Of a DNA stretch of 64,000 bases, positions 36,871 through 44,922 are shown piece by piece (positions within the stretch are counted from its first letter, which is position 1; each line of letters begins with the position of its first letter). The notes under the pieces are model-generated. The model was not told the origin of the DNA. It saw only the letters and a program-made list of their open reading frames with translations, and made no database searches. A program made the translations under genes and the position numbers. The DNA is from an uncultured Pseudomonadota bacterium. GTDB lineage: Bacteria > Pseudomonadota > Alphaproteobacteria > RF32 > CAG-239. The stretch lies in the NCBI GenBank assembly GCA_949292375.1, contig CASEZG010000002.1:78182-142181 (forward strand). The letters are read 5' to 3'.

Positions 36871-37287
36871 CTACCCCTCAATATCGTTATAAAAAATATG
36901 CGCTCCTATCTCGGCGCAAGGAATTTTGCCGACTGACCATTTAGGGCGCAGATTTCTGGTGTGATAATGTGTTGCTCCTTGCGTTTGGTCTTCTAACAAT
37001 CCTGAAACAGCCCTCATTGCTATTCTTTTACAAATGCAAAAACCTATGTCTGAATCATCAACTTTCTTTATGATTTTGCTGTTTGGGTCGTCTGTGTTCC
37101 AGCAAGAAAACTGTTTGGGAAACTGACAAACATCCGCTATCGTATTTCCCCACCAATAACGCCCTTTCTTTTTGGCTAAAGCAACCCTATTTAAAACAAC
37201 AGAGGCGATTGCTTCCTGTCCGGAAATGCTCTCGCCTCTTGCTTCGCCGTAAATGGTTCGGGCTAAAATATCCGCATCTTTATTCAT
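36871..37287 (-). CDS. Cell-wall hydrolase, SleB family (endolysin)
   Basis: LARTIYGEARGES...ASVVLNRV...FSCWN...ATHYH are Hydrolase_2/SleB motifs. No signal peptide. Confidence 0.85.
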   Translation of the reverse strand: MNKDADILARTIYGEARGESISGQEAIASVVLNRVALAKKKGRYWWGNTIADVCQFPKQFSCWNTDDPNSKIIKKVDDSDIGFCICKRIAMRAVSGLLEDQTQGATHYHTRNLRPKWSVGKIPCAEIGAHIFYNDIEG

Positions 37288-37541
37288 CTTTTTCCCCTTC
37301 CCACATTATCCAATTTCTTTTCTATGCGCAGGAGATGATCGGTTATTCTGTTTTCAACGTCCTTCAGATAGTTTACCGATACATAGTTACGGGCAACGTG
37401 CAGCTTAAATTCTGCCAAAGCATCTTTACAAAAACTGATTGAATTTTCACAATCTTTCTTTTGCTTAAAGATGATTTTGAATAAGGCTGCCAAGAGCGGA
37501 ATCTCTATCATCGTTACCCAATTAAAGGTATCCAAAAACAT
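37284..37541 (-). CDS. Phage membrane protein (N-terminal TM plus coiled coil; holin/antiholin/spanin candidate)
   Basis: WVTMIEIPLLAALFKIIF is a TM segment, followed by a helical region. 4-nt overlap with the endolysin gene. Confidence 0.4.
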   Translation of the reverse strand: MFLDTFNWVTMIEIPLLAALFKIIFKQKKDCENSISFCKDALAEFKLHVARNYVSVNYLKDVENRITDHLLRIEKKLDNVGRGKR

Positions 37542-37553
37542 TGTTATTTCTCC

Positions 37554-39038
37554 TTATAAAGTAAAGTTCGTTTCTGCAGAAAATTGTTTTGAGTTTCCTT
37601 GCCATCTGGCTGACGATAATGGCGTATTGACTATGATTGAGCCTATGCGTATGGGTTCGGAAGCCAAGCAACCTGCAACCGCATCTAAGGCATCATCATG
37701 AGAGGTTCCGTCTACACTCCATTCGCGCATTTCCTCAATAAACGGTGTTTGCCAGATTTTGCGATGAACATGCAGTGCACGTTCCGCCAACAAAACCTCA
37801 AAAGCTTCTAAAATTCGCTGTTGTTTGTTGTCTTTTGAATAAGCCTCTAAAACAGCGGCTCTAATCCGACGTTCTTTTAAGACTTGCTTCAAAATCCCAG
37901 GCAAAAATCTTCCGATACCGTTTACTTCTACCCGAACGGAAGACAAATGATTACGCACTAAAAAATCTGCCACCTTACCGCATTGTAAAGAGGCCGCATT
38001 ATCCGCATTTTCCGAAGGAACCTTGATATACTCAATATCATGCAGCCAGAATTTTCCGTCTTCATCGCTAAAGACGCAAGCAATGACACTATTATCTCCT
38101 TTATCTTTTGCGGCAAAAGACGGGTCCCACCAGCAAGAGGCTGAAAGCATTCTTTTACCACCAATTTTTAAAATCTCTTGCTCGTTGGCAAAAGAGATTT
38201 CAACTTCTCCGTCATAAGAACAAAGTCTTTCCGGAGATAATGTACTGTCCCTGAAGTTTACGGGTTGTAACATCATCTGTGAAAGAAATTTGTTCTCACC
38301 CGAACGAATCCTTACTGAGGCAATTTTTTCTTCCGAAAATCTTTCCGGCCAAGCACTTTTGCCTTCCGCATTCAGAATTGGTAATACCAATTTTGTAAAA
38401 CCTTGCAAAAATGGTTCCGTATCCGGCTTATTTAAATCTGTTTCCGTCTGATAAATTGTATAATAACTGTGTGGCGTTCCGATATATAATTGCATGCCGT
38501 TCGGCGTCAAAATATAATCAAGTTCATTTAGCTTTTCTCTTAATTCCTGACGTTTGAGCGGTGTGTCGCAATTTTTTGGAACCTCAACATCATCACAAAT
38601 TATTAAATCTGCACGCAAGCCCGTAATGTTTGCCCCCAAGCCTTTTGCCAACATCGACGGGTCGCGAAGCTCTAGTGGGCGGCAAACCGTAAATTGATCT
38701 GACGCCCATTGGTCAAGTCTCGGCGGTTTCAGTTTCTTGGTTAAAGGATGTTGCTCTATAATACGCTTTACATTTCGTACCATTTTTTTTGCCAAAGAAT
38801 GATCAGCCGCCATTACCAAAATTCGGATTGAGGGATTGCTATATAAGCCCCAAGCACAAAAAAGACCGACAATGGTTGACTTGCCCGAGTTTCTAAAAGC
38901 CATCAATAAGGCTTGTCTATCCCCTTTATCATGCCATAACTCTGATAACCATTTTGCCATCTTCTTTTGATGCTTCGGAACTCTTAATCCTTGTAGCCGA
39001 AACCAGATGTATACAAACTCAAAAAAATCAATCTTCAT
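37554..39038 (-). CDS. terL: Phage terminase large subunit
   Basis: Walker A FRNSGKST and Walker B ADLIICDD. The C-terminal nuclease-like region includes DDALDAVAG. Confidence 0.85.
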   Translation of the reverse strand: MKIDFFEFVYIWFRLQGLRVPKHQKKMAKWLSELWHDKGDRQALLMAFRNSGKSTIVGLFCAWGLYSNPSIRILVMAADHSLAKKMVRNVKRIIEQHPLTKKLKPPRLDQWASDQFTVCRPLELRDPSMLAKGLGANITGLRADLIICDDVEVPKNCDTPLKRQELREKLNELDYILTPNGMQLYIGTPHSYYTIYQTETDLNKPDTEPFLQGFTKLVLPILNAEGKSAWPERFSEEKIASVRIRSGENKFLSQMMLQPVNFRDSTLSPERLCSYDGEVEISFANEQEILKIGGKRMLSASCWWDPSFAAKDKGDNSVIACVFSDEDGKFWLHDIEYIKVPSENADNAASLQCGKVADFLVRNHLSSVRVEVNGIGRFLPGILKQVLKERRIRAAVLEAYSKDNKQQRILEAFEVLLAERALHVHRKIWQTPFIEEMREWSVDGTSHDDALDAVAGCLASEPIRIGSIIVNTPLSSARWQGNSKQFSAETNFTL

Positions 39039-39339
39039 CTTCAGAACTCAGTTCGTTTTGGGCTTCCTGCAAAAATGATATTAGTTGTTTGTTTTCATTT
39101 TGAGGCTCCGTATCCGTATCTTTGGCATCTGTCCACTCAGCAAGTTTTAGAAGTGTTTCGGCATGAACAACCGCTGACTTACAAGCCGAATGATGCGCAC
39201 TGAAACCCTTGGCATCTTCCGGTATCGGCTGTTCGGAAAAATTTTCGTAACTATCTATTACCTCAGAAATTTTTTCGGGCAGCGTTTTGCGTAGTCTACT
39301 TTTCAGAGCCTTTAGTGTTTTTATTTTTTTTGTTGTCAT
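39028..39339 (-). CDS. Terminase small subunit candidate (by position)
   Basis: 103 aa from the ATG at 39339, overlapping the terL start by 11 nt. The track's longer start at 39390 would place a terminator hairpin inside the coding sequence. Confidence 0.4.
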   Translation of the reverse strand: MTTKKIKTLKALKSRLRKTLPEKISEVIDSYENFSEQPIPEDAKGFSAHHSACKSAVVHAETLLKLAEWTDAKDTDTEPQNENKQLISFLQEAQNELSSEDED

Positions 39340-39355
39340 TCTGATTAAACCCCAT

Positions 39356-39388
39356 AAAAAAAGACCTCTTGTACGGAGGTCTGTTTTC
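39356..39388 (-). terminator. Rho-independent terminator upstream of the packaging/structural genes
   Basis: The minus strand reads AGACCTC-cgtacaa-GAGGTCT followed by TTTTTTT. Confidence 0.6.
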
Positions 39389-39458
39389 ATTGCTCAGTTT
39401 ATTTTAGATACACTACTAGCAAGTGATGTTTAGGGTGTAACATAAAAAAAATCATTTG

Positions 39459-39848
39459 TCAAGAGTTTTTTCCTACAACTTTTAATTTTTTATACAACTG
39501 ATATGGTGTTATTATACTCGCAGAATGAATCCCCAAAATTCTCTTTACCATCTCAACACAAGTAAAAAATCCTAACGGAGCACATTTTTGAGGTGCGTTT
39601 TTAATCTTTACGGCGCAAGCTAAGCTTTCGCCTCTACCGACTAAAAATTCTTCTATAGTTATAGATTTTTCATATCTGTGCAAACTTATCATAACTTGAT
39701 TGGAATATGGATTTATTTCTAACCATAAGTGACCTTTTTGCATTTTTTGCAAGATATAACAATGCCTGAAGCCGCTTTTGAGCAACCTGAGCCACCATAA
39801 TCCCGTTGTATTTGTAAAAACAACATATGTGCTTTTTATTTTCTCCAT
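39459..39848 (-). CDS. Phage-cluster hypothetical protein (129 aa)
   Basis: ORF with WWLRLLKSGFRHCYIL and FTCVEMVKRILGI. No family recognised. Confidence 0.45.
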   Translation of the reverse strand: MEKIKSTYVVFTNTTGLWWLRLLKSGFRHCYILQKMQKGHLWLEINPYSNQVMISLHRYEKSITIEEFLVGRGESLACAVKIKNAPQKCAPLGFFTCVEMVKRILGIHSASIITPYQLYKKLKVVGKNS

Positions 39849-39849
39849 C

Positions 39850-40200
39850 TTAGATAATTCCCTTTATTTTCAAATAGATATCAAATACATATATTCCATT
39901 TTCCCAAAGCCTTACTTCGCTTGCTTTGGCTCTTCTATCATAATATGGCGGCGTGCCAATCCTTCCCCACTTGAGCATTACTCGCAGAATCCGATTGCTT
40001 ATTTCCCCTTTGGCTCGCATCCTTTTCAAGATTCTTTCGACATCTCCTATTTCCAGACACCTCAACTTCCCCGAATAATCTGTTTTTGAGCGAATGCCGT
40101 CTCCTCTGGCTTCTAACGATTGACAAAACCAAAACCATACTTCTTCGGCATTATCAAAAGGCTCATAATTTTCCCTCATATTTTTAGTCCCCCAGTACAC
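39850..40200 (-). CDS. Phage-cluster hypothetical protein (116 aa), possible DNA-binding regulator
   Basis: First ORF of the leftward operon, divergent from the repressor. AEEVWFWFCQ...ISNRILRVMLKWGRIG suggests an HTH, which is weak evidence. Confidence 0.4.
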   Translation of the reverse strand: MYWGTKNMRENYEPFDNAEEVWFWFCQSLEARGDGIRSKTDYSGKLRCLEIGDVERILKRMRAKGEISNRILRVMLKWGRIGTPPYYDRRAKASEVRLWENGIYVFDIYLKIKGII

Positions 40201-40335
40201 AACTTAATAAAATGTTAACTATTGAAGTTATATATTAAGTTGTAGGATTTTCAACATAAAAAAAGAATTGATTCCTATGCGAAATTGTTTTATCATCTCC
40301 TTATAAGTTGAAATCTTTAGATTTTGAGGTGCATT

Positions 40336-40956
40336 ATGAAATATGAACAAGTTTGGGAAGCTGTTGATAAGTTGGCTAAAATTAATGGGCTATCCCCCTC
40401 AGGACTGGCTAAAAAAGCAGGACTAGACTCTACTACATTCAACAAAAGCAAAAGGACGAGACCTGATGGAAAAAAAAGATGGCCATCGCTTGACAGCTTA
40501 AATAAAATTATTGATGTATGCAATATCAGCTTTGATGAGTTCTTTGCTCTTGTTTCCGATGATGATAGTGATAAGCACTTGCACTCTATTCCTTATGTAT
40601 CATATTCAGATTTATCTGAAGGAAAAGCTTCTATATCTGCCAATTTTTCAAACAACAAATGGCAAAAAATCCAATTCCCTGATGCTAGAGATAATTTATA
40701 TGCTTTGGATCTAAATACAAATATTTTAGAGCCTTTTTATAGAAACGGAACTCTTCTTATTTTGTCTCAAGAATCTGAAATAAGAAGTGGTGACAGAGTT
40801 GTTGTCTTTATGAAAAACAATGCTATTGTCGTTGCCGAATTTATTAGAAGAACAGCAGCAACAATTGAAACAAAAGAGATTATCGGCTCTGAAAAAAAAT
40901 CAATTAATGTTGATGATATCCACCTTATTCATAGAATTGTTTGGGCTAGTCAGTAA
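40336..40956 (+). CDS. CI/LexA-like HTH regulator with a C-terminal S24-peptidase-like domain
   Basis: N-terminal HTH (GLSPSGLAKKAGLDSTTFNKSKR), C-terminal S24 fold (SGDRVVVFM...RIVWASQ). ATG at 40336 with RBS GAGGTG. Confidence 0.8.
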   Translation: MKYEQVWEAVDKLAKINGLSPSGLAKKAGLDSTTFNKSKRTRPDGKKRWPSLDSLNKIIDVCNISFDEFFALVSDDDSDKHLHSIPYVSYSDLSEGKASISANFSNNKWQKIQFPDARDNLYALDLNTNILEPFYRNGTLLILSQESEIRSGDRVVVFMKNNAIVVAEFIRRTAATIETKEIIGSEKKSINVDDIHLIHRIVWASQ

Positions 40957-40967
40957 AGGAATATATA

Positions 40968-41198
40968 ATGAATCTACATAAGTTTTATTTGCAACTAAGC
41001 ACTGAATCTATTGATATTATGGAAAAAAAGTTTGATTTCGTTCCTGACTTATCAAACGCAGCCGCGGCAAAGTCTTTAGATAATATTTGCAGGCTTAAAA
41101 CTCAGGAGATTTCTTGCTTGCGCAACCTTGATGCAAACACATCTGCTTCCGAGAAATCTCTCAGAGAATATCGTGATTATGCTACAAAGCTTTTATAA
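40968..41198 (+). CDS. Hypothetical protein (76 aa)
   Basis: ORF only; no recognisable motif. Confidence 0.3.
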   Translation: MNLHKFYLQLSTESIDIMEKKFDFVPDLSNAAAAKSLDNICRLKTQEISCLRNLDANTSASEKSLREYRDYATKLL

Positions 41199-41693
41199 AT
41201 TATCTTTGGCTCTTTGTTCTTTGATAAAAATCTCTATATCTTCCAGCGTTTGTTCGGGAGACTTTTGAAAATTAATGTGCCATTTATCTTCGATTTGGCA
41301 TTGTTTTGCTTTTCCATCATAAAAACAAAATGGTGTGCTGAATCCTTCGCTGTACGACAAGGAATCGTCTATATGCAAATCTATATGTTCTTTTTCGCAA
41401 TATTGCGCTTTGGCACTATTCCATAAATCATCATCAACCTTAAATTCGCCATTTTCAAAAAATTTTACACAACCTTTGGCATCATAAAAATCTAAGATTG
41501 CAAAAATCGTCGTATACGGAATCTGCCATTGTCTTAAATATTCTTCTATTGTTGCCTTGGGACCACCGCTTATGACATGAAGCTCCATTTTTCTTTTTAA
41601 TGCTTCTGCAGCAAATTTTTTAAAATATTCCGGATTGCTCGTTATAACCCCGTGAAAATCCAAACCAATTTTTATTTTAACGTATTCTGACAT
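41193..41693 (-). CDS. HAD-like hydrolase-fold protein (tentative)
   Basis: KIGLDFHGVIT resembles HAD motif I with the second Asp replaced. Overlaps the AsmA-like 3' end. Confidence 0.4.
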   Translation of the reverse strand: MSEYVKIKIGLDFHGVITSNPEYFKKFAAEALKRKMELHVISGGPKATIEEYLRQWQIPYTTIFAILDFYDAKGCVKFFENGEFKVDDDLWNSAKAQYCEKEHIDLHIDDSLSYSEGFSTPFCFYDGKAKQCQIEDKWHINFQKSPEQTLEDIEIFIKEQRAKDNL

Positions 41694-44600
41694 TGTCATC
41701 ATCTCCAAACAAGTTGGAAAATAAATCTTTTAATGAGCTTGGGCTTAAGACAGATAATGGATTAATGTTTATTTTGGGATCCGATATATCTCCCGCAATG
41801 GTATAATTGGCGGCAAATATGGTGCCATCTTTACCCGCCAATAAGCTGCCGACAACCGGAAGTTTTCCTATAAATGTATTTATGCTGTAAGCCGGCGCAA
41901 TAACACCCTTTATATCCAAAACTTCTGTTGCTCTGTTATATGCTCCGCTACCGCTTATACCCATAACATTACCAAAGGCTTTACCTTCGTTTACAAATAA
42001 TGTTTTGTTCTTATATTCAAATGGTGCGTCGAAATGTGAAAAAGCCATTCCTTCGCCTGTTAATAGGTTTACCATTCCCGTAAACGATGCCATAGTTAAT
42101 AACTTGGCAATTATAGGCGTGTTATAGATATTGAAGTCTCTAATGGATGCGTGCCCGATAAACTGCTTGTCCTTATTTCTTCTTGCCTCTATTTTTAGAT
42201 TTCCGCCCCGCATATTTTCATAAACACGCAAAACTTTTAATGTGCTTCCGGCATTATTTGAATCAATTGACAAGAAATACTCGCCGTTTGGTTTTGGCAC
42301 ATAGTCCGCTTTGATACGAGCTTTGCTGCTTAAACCAAAATTGCCAACCATATGAAGCTCTGAAAGACCTATTCCATTTCTTAACTCTGCCGAACCTGCA
42401 AAATTGGTTATCGGAACCTCCGGATTGGTCCATAAATTATTTACAGCAATAAAGATATCCGTATCCTTAACCTTTTCCAGTTCATCTTCTTCATCATCTT
42501 GTTTGGCAAACTGCATCTTTTTTATACGAGCTTTGCTTTTCATTGTTTCTTCATCTCGTTTAAACAACTCTGTTAAATCATAGCTGTTTCCGGAAACATT
42601 GATTTTAATTTTTTTGTTAGGTTGACGTAAAAACTCTATTTTTGCTTTTGCAGATGTTTTTGGGCCTTCTATTTGAGTAATGTCAACAACTTCTACTTCA
42701 CCTGTCTTATCTAAACGAATGTTGCCATCGACCTTAAAGTCCTCCTTCGATAAACCAAAACTCGGAATATTCGTCAGCTTATCATTACTAAACTCCAACT
42801 TTGCTTTGATGGCTGCTTGCTGGCTAAAAGGTTTTCTGAAACCTAAGAATGAATAGTCTATGGTTGCATCTTTCAGTGCAGCGAGCACATCTATATCAAA
42901 TCTTTTATCATTATATTTGGTTATCTCGGCATCAACATCCGCATAGCCTTCAATATAGGGGGGATTGAGCATTCCGATATCTATGCCTAATTTTTGCTTT
43001 ACAGCATCATCAAAACGGAATGAAATCTTGTATTTGCTCTTATAAGCCTTGCTCTGGAAATTTTCATCCCAAATCAGACGCAGAGGAATATCATCAAGCT
43101 TGGCATCACCAATAACCGACATTCCGTTATTATCAACGACCAAATTGAGCGTTTCTGCCGTTACTGTTTTATCTTGCACTATTTTAGGGATGGAAACATT
43201 GCTTAAAGCCGACTTAACATTTACTTTTACTTCATCTGGTTTTAAATCATTTTTTAGTTCAAAATTTAATGATAGCTCTGTTTCCGCATCTCCTTGAATC
43301 GCTTCGGCATCAATTCCCATGTCTGATGTATACCCCAAAGGCGGGTTATCTATTAATTTAAGCGCATCAGTTATACTTGATGTAATTTGCAAATTGATAT
43401 CGGCAAAATTATCATACTTATCCAAATCATATAACAAAACGCTTCCGCCCGTTAAAACAACCCCATTAGACACGCCCTTATCAACATCTATCTTGATGCT
43501 ATTTTCCGTAAAATAAGCCGTACCATACATATTTTTAATATCAGGCATACCTTTCAAATAATTTAGGTTCGAATCTATGATTCCACCTTTGCCTTCCAGA
43601 TTGGCAAACTTTAATTTCTTTGATTTTTTATCATAGTCAAATCCAAGCGTGAAAGATGCATTTTTGATATCTCCGCCATAAATGCTGTCTTTTACCCATA
43701 GCCAAGCATCTTCTCCGACATATCTCGGCCAATATTTGCTCAAATCATCAAAAGCCAATTTCTGAACATCAGCCGTAGCAGATATCTGCAAATCTTCTAA
43801 CGAATTTTCGAAGAAAAACTTCTTCATACCGCTTATCTGCAAACCTAATTTTGTCTTTTGTCCGCCGAGGTTAAAATCGGCATCTTTAACCTCAATTTTA
43901 TCTACCCCGCCGTTTATATTACCGTTAAGCAAAAAGGATGAGATATCATAACGATAATTTTGGTCTTCGGAAAACATTATGCTTCCTTGACCTCCTTCAA
44001 ACTGAAAACTTATATTTTTGACAGCCGTATCCAAACTTTTTACCAAATCTTCTTTATTTTTTAGGACATCAGCAAAATCTATTAAGGCTTCTATAGTTCC
44101 ATTCATAGGTAGATTTACGGAATATAAACTTTCGCTTAATTGCTTTTCTAAAAAAGTATCAACAACATCTGCCGGAACCAAATCCGAAAAATAGAAACGC
44201 AGGCCCAGTCTACTGCTTCCCGGACGATACTCTGCATCAATACCCACGGTCGAAATACGATCTTTTATTTTAAGCAGCGCATTAAAATCCGTTTCCATAT
44301 TGGTGAAATTGCGTTCAAATGTATAGTTCAAATCGGAGAAAATCCATTTGCGTCCCAAATCTACTTCATGAAATTCCAACTCCGCATTTTTTATGGATAT
44401 ATCATGAATATAACTCTCCGGATATAATTTGTCCTCCGAATTAAAACGCTCAACAAAATCTTCAAATGAGGCAAAATAATATTCCAATTTCTTCTTGTTT
44501 ATCTCATTTTTGTTATCTTTGTTTATTCCATATGTCGTAAACAAGTAAACTGACGGAGAAGTTACTTCAACCGAACTCGGAGCAATAACACCTCGCAACA

Positions 44601-44922
44601 GTGCTCTTATACTGAAAGAAACAGAGGTTTTGGGAGCATTTACAATAAATGTTCCGTCATTTTTCTTATAAACGACATCATTGGCTATAATTTTAATTGG
44701 CTGAATGGAACGTACTAGCTCTAAATTTACGGCTTTTACGGTCACCTGATACTCGGCATCATCATGATTGAGTGCTTTAATGATATATGGCTTTAAAAAT
44801 GGTACGGCGACAGGACCGCGATAAAGCTGCCACAAAAACAATAGCAGCAAAACCAGAAAGACGACGCCTGTATAGTCCATAATTTTACGGGCTTTATAGA
44901 TTTTAATTGAAACCTTTTTCAT
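41677..44922 (-). CDS. AsmA-like / YhdP-type giant envelope protein (DUF3971-like)
   Basis: 1081 aa with an N-terminal TM anchor (VVFLVLLLLFLWQLY), a long beta-rich repetitive body, and a C-terminal ...INPLSVLSPSSLKDLF typical of the AsmA2 family. Confidence 0.7.
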   Translation of the reverse strand: MKKVSIKIYKARKIMDYTGVVFLVLLLLFLWQLYRGPVAVPFLKPYIIKALNHDDAEYQVTVKAVNLELVRSIQPIKIIANDVVYKKNDGTFIVNAPKTSVSFSIRALLRGVIAPSSVEVTSPSVYLFTTYGINKDNKNEINKKKLEYYFASFEDFVERFNSEDKLYPESYIHDISIKNAELEFHEVDLGRKWIFSDLNYTFERNFTNMETDFNALLKIKDRISTVGIDAEYRPGSSRLGLRFYFSDLVPADVVDTFLEKQLSESLYSVNLPMNGTIEALIDFADVLKNKEDLVKSLDTAVKNISFQFEGGQGSIMFSEDQNYRYDISSFLLNGNINGGVDKIEVKDADFNLGGQKTKLGLQISGMKKFFFENSLEDLQISATADVQKLAFDDLSKYWPRYVGEDAWLWVKDSIYGGDIKNASFTLGFDYDKKSKKLKFANLEGKGGIIDSNLNYLKGMPDIKNMYGTAYFTENSIKIDVDKGVSNGVVLTGGSVLLYDLDKYDNFADINLQITSSITDALKLIDNPPLGYTSDMGIDAEAIQGDAETELSLNFELKNDLKPDEVKVNVKSALSNVSIPKIVQDKTVTAETLNLVVDNNGMSVIGDAKLDDIPLRLIWDENFQSKAYKSKYKISFRFDDAVKQKLGIDIGMLNPPYIEGYADVDAEITKYNDKRFDIDVLAALKDATIDYSFLGFRKPFSQQAAIKAKLEFSNDKLTNIPSFGLSKEDFKVDGNIRLDKTGEVEVVDITQIEGPKTSAKAKIEFLRQPNKKIKINVSGNSYDLTELFKRDEETMKSKARIKKMQFAKQDDEEDELEKVKDTDIFIAVNNLWTNPEVPITNFAGSAELRNGIGLSELHMVGNFGLSSKARIKADYVPKPNGEYFLSIDSNNAGSTLKVLRVYENMRGGNLKIEARRNKDKQFIGHASIRDFNIYNTPIIAKLLTMASFTGMVNLLTGEGMAFSHFDAPFEYKNKTLFVNEGKAFGNVMGISGSGAYNRATEVLDIKGVIAPAYSINTFIGKLPVVGSLLAGKDGTIFAANYTIAGDISDPKININPLSVLSPSSLKDLFSNLFGDDDNVRIR

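Larger units (their letters stand above)
29322..40200 (-). mobile_element. Podovirus-type morphogenesis/lysis gene cluster (prophage remnant or domesticated phage-like element); no integrase or replication module recognised
   Basis: 17 co-directional, tightly packed ORFs from 40200 down to 29364, ending at a strong terminator. Includes TerL, portal, scaffold, capsid and an SleB-type endolysin. Flanked by housekeeping genes. Confidence 0.7.

Noticed and set aside
39340-39390. N-terminal extension of the terS-like ORF (start at 39390, MKTDLRTRGLFLWGLIR)
   Set aside because: The extension consists largely of a 7-bp stem/7-T terminator hairpin read as codons. The ATG at 39339 is the more plausible start.
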